Part shown: in pieces, positions 19,362 through 26,344 of the stretch | How the letters are laid out: each line of letters begins with the position of its first letter | How positions within the stretch are numbered: position 1 is the first letter of the stretch | NCBI GenBank assembly: GCA_019313185.1 | Contig: JAFDBS010000140.1 | Location: 377-64,376, forward strand | DNA: 64,000 bases | DNA from: Deltaproteobacteria bacterium | GTDB lineage: Bacteria; Desulfobacterota; Desulfuromonadia; Desulfuromonadales; BM103 | Direction: 5' to 3' | Notes under the pieces: model-generated | Databases searched by the model: none | The model's input: only the letters and a program-made list of their open reading frames with translations | Told to the model about the DNA's origin: nothing | Made by a program: the position numbers and the translations under genes

Positions 19362-19931
19362 ATGAAAAAATCGCTTCCAAGGATAGCATTCTGGCTGATA
19401 CCCGAACAAAGGTTTTATGACGAGCTCTTGGCCATTATCGTCAAATTGGCGAAACGCTTTGACGCACCGGTTTTTCAACCTCATGTCACAATTTACTGTA
19501 CCAGACGTTCTGATGACCGGGATGAACTCACGCTTTTGACCAGCCTGGCACAGTTGACTCGCCCACTAACGTTGAATGTTGAGACTGTTCAGACCGGGGA
19601 AAGCCTCAACAAAACGTTATTTTTGCAATTACAAAAAACAGCTGAGTGCAACAGCTTGTATCAGGTTTTACATGGCGCTGCATCTAGCCCGTCAGGTTAT
19701 CGCTTCGATCCACATCTCAGCTTACTTTATCAACACACGCCACGCTTCATGCGAGAGGCTTTGGTCTCTCAGCTTGGGTTTCCGTATACGGCAATCAGAT
19801 TTGACAGGCTCCAGGCTGTGGCCATCCCAGAAAACCTCAGCAGTCTGGAATCCTTTTTGGGTTGGCAAACACTGCTTTCAATTCGTCTCGCACCAAGCAA
19901 AACCGCTTGCGAAGACCCGATTTGCCGATAG
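19362..19931 (+). CDS. 2H-phosphoesterase superfamily protein (cyclic phosphodiesterase-like)
   Basis: Two H-x-T/S-x motifs at the expected spacing: PHVTIY and PHLSLLY. About 190 aa. Start at ATG 19362 (MKKSLPR). Confidence 0.6.
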   Translation: MKKSLPRIAFWLIPEQRFYDELLAIIVKLAKRFDAPVFQPHVTIYCTRRSDDRDELTLLTSLAQLTRPLTLNVETVQTGESLNKTLFLQLQKTAECNSLYQVLHGAASSPSGYRFDPHLSLLYQHTPRFMREALVSQLGFPYTAIRFDRLQAVAIPENLSSLESFLGWQTLLSIRLAPSKTACEDPICR

Positions 19932-19993
19932 GATTGTGTTGGTATGCTTGTGGAAACAAACGCCAACCGGAACATTTCAACAGGGGAATGAAT

Positions 19994-20509
19994 ATGGCAG
20001 CAGAAATCGAGATTGTTCAGGGCGATATAACTCAGATGACCGTTGATGCAATTGTCAATGCGGCCAATCAGGGTTTACATGGTGGAGGCGGGGTTGACGG
20101 GGCAATTCATAGGGCGGCTGGGCCAAGGCTGCTCGAAGAATGCAGGACTCTAGGCGGTTGTCCTACGGGCCAAGCAAAAATCACCAATGGTTACGAGCTC
20201 CCCGCTCACTATGTTATTCATACTGTAGGCCCTGTTTGGCACGGTGGGAATCAGGGCGAGGATGAGCTTTTGGCTAGCTGTTACCGTTGCAGTCTTCACT
20301 TGGCGGATATGCATAATCTCAAAAGCATCGCTTTCCCCTCAATCAGCACCGGTGTGTACCGATTTCCGATTGACAGGGCCTGCCGGATCGCTCTGCAAAC
20401 GACCATTGCGGCCTTGAATGATAGACATTCATTGGAAAAAGTCATGTTTGTTTGCTTTTCCGACCATGACCTGAAGGCGTACCAAGAGGCTTACAGCGAA
20501 TTGACTTAG
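19994..20509 (+). CDS. ymdB: Macro-domain protein, O-acetyl-ADP-ribose deacetylase (YmdB-like)
   Basis: [21 protein letters not shown]...[15 protein letters not shown]...FPSISTGVY aligns closely with E. coli YmdB as I remember it. Confidence 0.9.
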   Translation: MAAEIEIVQGDITQMTVDAIVNAANQGLHGGGGVDGAIHRAAGPRLLEECRTLGGCPTGQAKITNGYELPAHYVIHTVGPVWHGGNQGEDELLASCYRCSLHLADMHNLKSIAFPSISTGVYRFPIDRACRIALQTTIAALNDRHSLEKVMFVCFSDHDLKAYQEAYSELT

Positions 20510-20774
20510 CAGAATGAAGCGAAATCTGCATTCAAGCCGGAATTCGGCCGATTGGACAATGTTTGGACATAAAGGTTGGATTTGCCACGGGGGTTATGCC
20601 CTGAACTGTTGAGCCCACCGTGAATAAAGGGGCAAGACGAAACCGGCGTTGTTTGCCAGGACTGGGTATGTGGCTGCTAAAGTGCCGCACTTGATTTGAA
20701 TGGTCTCGACCCGGTTTTAAATTTTACGGCGAGCAGGCCAGCATCAAACGTTTTTTGAAGGGAGGGCTCTTTTC

Positions 20775-21902
20775 GTGGACTGGCCCTATTACCGTACACT
20801 CTTTCCAGTCACCCAAAGGTCGGCGTTTTTCAACCATGCGGCGATTTCCGCACCATCGACCAAAGTCATTGCTGCCGTTCAAGAGCTGGTCAGCGAGCAA
20901 GCCTATTTGGGCAGCCAAGGGTACCGTTCATGGATGGACCGGGTCGAAACGGTTCGTCAACAAGTCGCGCGATTTGTCTGTGCAGCGCCAAGCGACATCG
21001 CCTTTGTAGCCAATACTTCCACTGGTTTGGGGCTTATGGCCGCTGGGTTTCACTGGACAGCCGGGGACGCCTTGCTGGTCCCGTCACCGGACTTTCCTGC
21101 CAACGTGTACCCATGGCAGAACTTATCCCAGCGTGGTGTCACGATGATAACAGTACCACGTCGCTCAGGTCGCTTGGCTGTCGAGGACTTTGCCAGACTT
21201 GTGACAGATAACGTACGCATGTTGGTTGTCAGCAGCGTTGATTTTGCAACAGGATATGCAGTTGATTTGAATGCAATAGGACGGTTTTGCCGGGAAAACA
21301 ACATCTTTTTTGGTGTTGACGCCATTCAAAGTCTCGGTGTCCGGCCCATCGATGTCGAAAAGGACCAAATCGATTTCGTGGCTGCAGGTGCCCACAAGTG
21401 GCTGCTTGGTCCAATGGGCATTGGCCTGCTCTATATTTCACCCAGGTTGCGACAACATCTGGATCTGCCACTGGTCGGATGGAAAAGTGTGGTTCATGAA
21501 GAAGATTTTCGTTTGCATTTCCAATTGCGGAAAGATGCCGCTGGGTTTGAGCCGGGCACATTGAACGTGGCCGGCATTGTTGGCTTGGGCGCGGCCATAT
21601 CGCTCTTGGAGGAGGTTGGCCTTGTGCAAATCGAGCAGCGCGTGAGCATCCTTTTGGATGAGTTGGCGGACGGTTTGGCGCAGCGGTCTCTGACTTTAAA
21701 AACGCCCTGGCCTGGCAAAGAGCGGTGTGGCATTTTGAGTTTCACAGCGGGCGATGACGTCTTCGCTCTCTCTAAACATCTGAACGAGCAAGGCGTTGTC
21801 TTGGCTCTGAGGGACGGTGGGTTCCGGCTTTCACCCCATTTCTACAATGACGCCGCCGACATCGAACGCTTCTTTTATGCGCTGGATTCGTTTTCAGGGT
21901 GA
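20775..21902 (+). CDS. Class V aminotransferase-fold PLP enzyme (cysteine desulfurase / C-S lyase-like)
   Basis: 375 aa with the PLP-lysine context AAGAHKWLLGPMGIGLLY. GTG start behind GAAGGGAGGG. Its 3' end overlaps the convergent dipeptidase gene by 28 nt. Confidence 0.85.
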   Translation: MDWPYYRTLFPVTQRSAFFNHAAISAPSTKVIAAVQELVSEQAYLGSQGYRSWMDRVETVRQQVARFVCAAPSDIAFVANTSTGLGLMAAGFHWTAGDALLVPSPDFPANVYPWQNLSQRGVTMITVPRRSGRLAVEDFARLVTDNVRMLVVSSVDFATGYAVDLNAIGRFCRENNIFFGVDAIQSLGVRPIDVEKDQIDFVAAGAHKWLLGPMGIGLLYISPRLRQHLDLPLVGWKSVVHEEDFRLHFQLRKDAAGFEPGTLNVAGIVGLGAAISLLEEVGLVQIEQRVSILLDELADGLAQRSLTLKTPWPGKERCGILSFTAGDDVFALSKHLNEQGVVLALRDGGFRLSPHFYNDAADIERFFYALDSFSG

Positions 21903-22942
21903 CCATTCAGGCCGTTTGGGAGTGCCTCAAGGTAAAATTCAAACCAATTGCCGCCAAGCAGAGCGTCAATTTCGGTTTTCGGATAACCGGCCTGAACCAT
22001 AAGCTCCACCAAGTTTTCCAGTTGGGCATGGCTTTCCAGTCCCGAGCAGTTTGTTTCATACCCGCCGAGATCGCTGCCCAGGGCAAAACCCCGGCTGCCC
22101 CACCGCTGTACAAGATAGTCGATTTGTTCGAAAACCTGCCTGCAGTCAGATTTGCCCGAGGTCGACAGCATCTCTGGCGCAAAACTTAAACCAATTACCC
22201 CGTTTCGGGATAACAATACAGAGATTTGGTCATCGCCCAGATTACGCGGTGTGTCGCAAAAATGCCTAAGCCCGGTATGCGAGCAACAAAGATGACCATG
22301 GAAAGAATCAAGCAGTTCCCAAAAACAAACTTCTGCCAAATGAGCGATATCGATAACAAAACCCCGTGTTTCGAGATTGGGTAACAGGGTCTGACAAGCC
22401 TTCGTTAAGCCTTCGGGGTTGACTGTTGTATTGCCGTCAGCGAGGCGATTTCTGCCGACGTGAGTTAAGCCGATAGTATGCACCCCCCAAACCCTGAGAA
22501 AAGAGGTGCCAATGTCCACCAACGCGTCAGCATTTTCTAAAAGAAGCATTTGACTGGTGAAACCTGGGGTGCCCCAAGCTGTTTCCAACTCCTCGCGTGT
22601 CCGAATTGTCGACAGGCTTGCAGTCAGGGCCTGCATAAGGAAAAGTTGCTCAGTCACATGTTGAACTGCCGTTGAACCATTAAATTTATCATTGCAAAAG
22701 ATTGCGCTGTTAAAAATTCTTACCTTGCCATCGCGGAGCGAAGATGGAGAGATGGGACCCCCACCTTTCTTTTCAAAAGGCAGGATGCACTGCTCTTTCA
22801 TAAGAGAATACAAAAGGTCTACGTGGCCGTCAAAACTCGACTGCCATGGGCTGACTTCATCGCTGGGCAAGCAGGTAGTCACTATGGATGCGTTCAAAAT
22901 GGTTTCGGTGGTTGCGGATGGTCCACTGGATGGTGCCCTCAT
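21875..22942 (-). CDS. Membrane-dipeptidase family (peptidase M19) protein
   Basis: M19 hallmarks FDGHVDL, VIDIAHL, CCSHTGLRHFCDTPRNLGDDQI and ALGSDLGG. ATG 22942 overlaps the methyltransferase gene by 86 nt. GTG 22882 and TTG 22870 are in-frame alternative starts. Confidence 0.8.
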   Translation of the reverse strand: MRAPSSGPSATTETILNASIVTTCLPSDEVSPWQSSFDGHVDLLYSLMKEQCILPFEKKGGGPISPSSLRDGKVRIFNSAIFCNDKFNGSTAVQHVTEQLFLMQALTASLSTIRTREELETAWGTPGFTSQMLLLENADALVDIGTSFLRVWGVHTIGLTHVGRNRLADGNTTVNPEGLTKACQTLLPNLETRGFVIDIAHLAEVCFWELLDSFHGHLCCSHTGLRHFCDTPRNLGDDQISVLLSRNGVIGLSFAPEMLSTSGKSDCRQVFEQIDYLVQRWGSRGFALGSDLGGYETNCSGLESHAQLENLVELMVQAGYPKTEIDALLGGNWFEFYLEALPNGLNGHPENESSA

Positions 22943-23780
22943 CCAAAATTTTCCAGGCAGGCAACAATTTGTTTTCCAGTAGATGTCGAACGTTTATGTG
23001 AGCATGCCCGGCAAACGAACCGCTCGGAACGCCTCCAAGCCAAGCAGTTTTGGGGGCGATTTCTGTCGACCACGACCAAGGGTCTGCCACCAACAGCTGT
23101 GCTCTGGTGTCTGATGTGACCCGGTTTAATTCGTCAAGGTGCTTGAGCGGCGCGGGAAGCTTGTCCAGCAAATTCAGAGAGCTGCTGCACTGGAAAACAG
23201 ACTTCGGGAAAGGCAAAGCCAAGGCGTCTGCCAAGACGAACTCGACCCGATTAAGAGGCCAATCATGAGGCAAGCGGACTTCCCGATGTTCGGTCAATTC
23301 GCCTTCCATGATTAAGTCGAACGACAAGCGACCTTCGCGAGTAAGAAGGCGAGCAGTTTGAATGAAGGCATGAGAGCGATCAATGCCAACAGCAAGCTCA
23401 GCGTTGCGCGCTAATTCAAACGTCAGTCTGCCGACTGCGCAACCGGTGTCCAAGGCAACCCCGGACGAGGCATTGAGCATTGATGACCAGCTGAGGTAGG
23501 CTGTATTCTGATCGGGGTCATCGAAAAGATCGGCAAAGTGACTCCAGAGATAAGCGGATACGACCGGTAGCTCTGTATATTTACCGACCAACGCCAAGTC
23601 GCTCTGTGGAAGAAGGCAGGCCATGCCATGGTCAATAGGGTAGTTTTTCCGGCAACCAGGGCAGGTTAATGTGGCCGTGTAAATATCTCCTTGGCGGGTT
23701 TCTTGGATATGTGCCGCTAGCGGGCGCTCTTCCGGTAGACAACCTGGGCAGACCACCAGATCAAGAAGTTGTCTGTGCAT
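22857..23780 (-). CDS. Class I SAM-dependent methyltransferase with N-terminal Trm112-like zinc knuckle
   Basis: The N-terminus LLDLVVCPGC...LTCPGCRKNYPI is a Trm112p-like CxxC/CxxC element. SAM motif I is VALDTGCAVGRL, followed by a post-I acidic loop (GIDRS). Confidence 0.8.
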   Translation of the reverse strand: MHRQLLDLVVCPGCLPEERPLAAHIQETRQGDIYTATLTCPGCRKNYPIDHGMACLLPQSDLALVGKYTELPVVSAYLWSHFADLFDDPDQNTAYLSWSSMLNASSGVALDTGCAVGRLTFELARNAELAVGIDRSHAFIQTARLLTREGRLSFDLIMEGELTEHREVRLPHDWPLNRVEFVLADALALPFPKSVFQCSSSLNLLDKLPAPLKHLDELNRVTSDTRAQLLVADPWSWSTEIAPKTAWLGGVPSGSFAGHAHINVRHLLENKLLPAWKILDEGTIQWTIRNHRNHFERIHSDYLLAQR

Positions 23781-23796
23781 GTGGGGCTGAAGACAA

Positions 23797-23837
23797 GCCC
23801 AAAGAAGGCATCTGCGCCACCAGATGCCCTCTTTGGC
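23797..23837 (-). promoter_or_regulatory. Strong intra-operon stem-loop between the repeat-peptide gene and the methyltransferase gene
   Basis: The minus-strand RNA GCCAAAGAGGGCAUCUG-GUGGCG-CAGAUGCCUUCUUUGGGC forms a stem of about 17 bp with one bulge and one G-U pair. It is followed by UUGUCUUC. It starts 17 nt after the peptide stop and ends 17 nt before the next ATG. Confidence 0.5.
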
Positions 23838-23853
23838 TTTTAAAGGGTGTCAG

Positions 23854-24024
23854 TCAAGCCGGGCCGTGGCAGCTCGGCGCATGGCAACTGGGCGCATGGC
23901 AACTCGGTGCATGGCAACTGGGCGCATGGCAACTCGGTGCATGACAGCTCGGTGCATGACAACTCGGTGCATGACAGCTGGCTAGACTAGAAACTTTTTT
24001 TTCAACTTTACGGGTTTTCAGCAT
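23854..24024 (-). CDS. 56-aa Cys-His pentapeptide-repeat peptide, candidate RiPP precursor
   Basis: ATG at 24024 lies 7 nt after AGGAGG, which directly follows the radical SAM stop codon. Translation: MLKTRKVEKKVSSLA SCHAP x7 SCHGPA. The longer ORF-track version (to 24078) would overlap the upstream gene. Confidence 0.7.
   Translation of the reverse strand: MLKTRKVEKKVSSLASCHAPSCHAPSCHAPSCHAPSCHAPSCHAPSCHAPSCHGPA
23860..23979 (-). repeat. Eight tandem 15-bp units encoding SCHAP/SCHGP
   Basis: Read directly: AGC/T TGT/C CAT GCA/G CCG/C repeated. Units 1-7 differ only at third codon positions. Unit 8 has CAC and GGC. Confidence 0.95.
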
Positions 24025-24037
24025 TGTACTACCTCCT

Positions 24038-26074
24038 TCATTCTGGGGTTTCGGGTTGAACCGCAGCCAAGAGTTCAAGCTGGCTTAATTCTCGTGCTGC
24101 ATCTTGGCACGTGGCCAGAAAATCGGCGTCTGACATTGTTGTTCCGTAAGTTGGCTTCAATTTAACAGCGATCTCTTTTAAGGTGATTGTCCCTGAGCAA
24201 TGCATGAGAAAGTCCCGGCCAAAAGCATTGACCTCAGTCACCTCAAGTTCTGTGTTCTGCTGACGAAATGCTAAATGGCAGGGGCTTTTCGTATAGCTCC
24301 GCACGTAGTTGCCAGCTTTCAGATCGGCAACGATAGATGGCATATCATAGTCAAACGATTCAACAATGACATTTTTGGGTCGCCGTGGCTGCCAATCATG
24401 TAAATGACACAAATCTATATTAACGGGTTTTTCGGATTTGGCAAATTCGGCAACCCCAATGGCGGCACATTCGTACAAGAGAACATTTTCCAGGTGTGAC
24501 CAATCGGTCTCATTTTGCAGACCGCAGAGTTTGGCGCGGGCGAATCCTGGAAAATGTTGAAAACACTTAGCGGCATTCATGTCAGCCATGTGCCCTGCGG
24601 TCCTATCGACCTGTCGTACGAAGCTTAGAAACAGATCGGCAGGGGATTCCATGAACGCTTTGCAAAGCAGCAAAAAGGTTTTGGGAAATAAATTTATGAT
24701 CAGGGGAAAACCATTGGCAAGGCAGGCGAGGTCAGGCAAAGGCAACGCTGGACAGGAAATGTTCCAGAAGCTGCTGAACACCTCCGGATCGCTGTCGATC
24801 ATTTGCTCGTCTTCTGGAAGTCTTGAGCCCTTGTCAAACTCCAAGCCGAGGGCAAAATACGTATCCACGTTTCGCGTAAGACTTTTAAAATATTTTGTGT
24901 GCAGGTCTGTCCCCGGCAAAACGGTCGGAAGTTGCATCAATGGATTACTGTTGCCCTGAATGCCACACGCGAGAGCGAGGAACAATGTCGCATCAACATC
25001 ATCCTTTTGCTCCTCAGGAAACCCGATCACGAAGCTGAGAGTCGGAACCAACCCAACTTCGGTTGTTTCGCGGACGCGTGAGAACAAAATCTTTTGATCG
25101 ACGCGCTTCCGGATAAAGCTCAGCGTGCGAACGGACCCTGAATCAATGCCATAACACATCGATTCGCAACCAGCTTCACGCATAAGGTCAAGAAGTTTCG
25201 CGTCGACAGTGTCGAGACGAGAAATACAGTACCAGGGAGTGGTCTGCAGGCTGGCACTGAGGACGGCTTGGCAAAAGTGCTCAACGTAGCTTCGATCCGC
25301 TGTGAATTGGTCATAGGCCAAAAGGAAGCAATCTGCGCCATGAGCCTCTCGAAGGGTCCTCATTTCTCGAATAATTCTTGATACGGAATACGTGCGTGTC
25401 CGCCGTTTCCAAAAGGCCGCCTCTGAACAGTAAATACAGTCGTGCGGACATCCGCGTCCAACCTCAAGAATGGCAATGCTCCGCGGCAGTTCGCAGGCCT
25501 GGCGATAAAAGTCGAGGGATTGGACCTTGCTGTAATCAGGCAGCGGCAAGGTGTCGAGGTTAGACAGCAGCGGGCGATCAGAGTTATTGAGGACGGCAGC
25601 GCCACGTCGCCAAGATAGCCCCGCGACTTCTTGCAAATTACCTCCCTTGTCCAGGGCTTTCACCAGTTCGGAAAATGTAACCTCTCCCTCGCCCCGTATG
25701 ACCATGTCAACTTGAGGGAACCTTTCGAGCGTTTCTTTCGCAAGAAACGAGGCGTTGTGGCCGCCCACCACAACCTTCAGTTTGGGCCGGACCTCTTTCA
25801 GGCGTTGCGCAATTTGCAGGATCGGCGGATAGGTTACGCATTGAGCGCTGAAAGCGACCAGTTGAGGCTCTGTATCCAAGATCTGCCTGGCAGAATCATG
25901 ATAAATGTCGCGGCCGAATGGCAACGCTCCGGAACGCAGGGCAAGAACCTGATCAAGAATGGTGACCGTGTGCACACAGGGTTCGAGCATCGACGCAAGG
26001 TTTATAAGCCCCAGAGGGGGCAAGTTGTACATGGACTGATGATAAAAAGGTGGAAAAACGAAAGTTATATTCAT
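24038..26074 (-). CDS. B12-binding-domain radical SAM enzyme with C-terminal PqqD-like peptide-recognition segment
   Basis: An N-terminal Rossmann region (KLKVVVGGHNASF...DMVIRGEGE), the cluster motif GCPHDCIYC (nt 25427-25450) and a C-terminal ...EVNAFGRDFLMHCSGTITLKEIAVKL...DADFLATCQDAARELSQLELL. The likely start is MNITFVFPPF at 26074. The upstream in-frame ATG at 26113 is an alternative. Confidence 0.88.
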   Translation of the reverse strand: MNITFVFPPFYHQSMYNLPPLGLINLASMLEPCVHTVTILDQVLALRSGALPFGRDIYHDSARQILDTEPQLVAFSAQCVTYPPILQIAQRLKEVRPKLKVVVGGHNASFLAKETLERFPQVDMVIRGEGEVTFSELVKALDKGGNLQEVAGLSWRRGAAVLNNSDRPLLSNLDTLPLPDYSKVQSLDFYRQACELPRSIAILEVGRGCPHDCIYCSEAAFWKRRTRTYSVSRIIREMRTLREAHGADCFLLAYDQFTADRSYVEHFCQAVLSASLQTTPWYCISRLDTVDAKLLDLMREAGCESMCYGIDSGSVRTLSFIRKRVDQKILFSRVRETTEVGLVPTLSFVIGFPEEQKDDVDATLFLALACGIQGNSNPLMQLPTVLPGTDLHTKYFKSLTRNVDTYFALGLEFDKGSRLPEDEQMIDSDPEVFSSFWNISCPALPLPDLACLANGFPLIINLFPKTFLLLCKAFMESPADLFLSFVRQVDRTAGHMADMNAAKCFQHFPGFARAKLCGLQNETDWSHLENVLLYECAAIGVAEFAKSEKPVNIDLCHLHDWQPRRPKNVIVESFDYDMPSIVADLKAGNYVRSYTKSPCHLAFRQQNTELEVTEVNAFGRDFLMHCSGTITLKEIAVKLKPTYGTTMSDADFLATCQDAARELSQLELLAAVQPETPE

Positions 26075-26344
26075 GTCGACCTGTTTGATGTTGAGCAAAC
26101 CAGGTCTAAGCATAACAAAGACTCATGCGTTCGCCAAGTGGAGAGGCCTGAACAGTCTAGATGCAATGTCGACGATCATCGAAAACGGTGGAACGCGGCA
26201 GGCAAAGCGCCGGATCAAAACTTGGAATTAAATTTGCAAAGACTAAGAAATGTTATGCCGATTGACTGTCCAGGTTTAATAGTATTGTTAAATCGCGGTT
26301 ATTAAATCGTCTTATAACTTATGACTGTTCATTAATCCTTTCAG

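Noticed and set aside
23669-23944. Plus-strand 91-aa ORF ending in GAWQLGAWQLGAWQL repeats
   Set aside because: It is the antisense reading of the same 15-bp repeat. It has no SD and starts inside the methyltransferase gene on the opposite strand. The minus-strand reading has a canonical AGGAGG-N7-ATG and only synonymous variation between units.
23860-23979. Tandem 15-bp repeat as a CRISPR array or non-coding VNTR
   Set aside because: There are no spacers between the units, the unit length is far too short for CRISPR, and no cas genes are present. The periodicity is a multiple of three, with third-position-only variation.
23977-24024. Leader MLKTRKVEKKVSSLASC read as a lipoprotein signal (LASC lipobox)
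   Set aside because: There is no hydrophobic h-region between the Lys-rich N-terminus and the Cys, so it cannot function as a Sec/SPase II signal.
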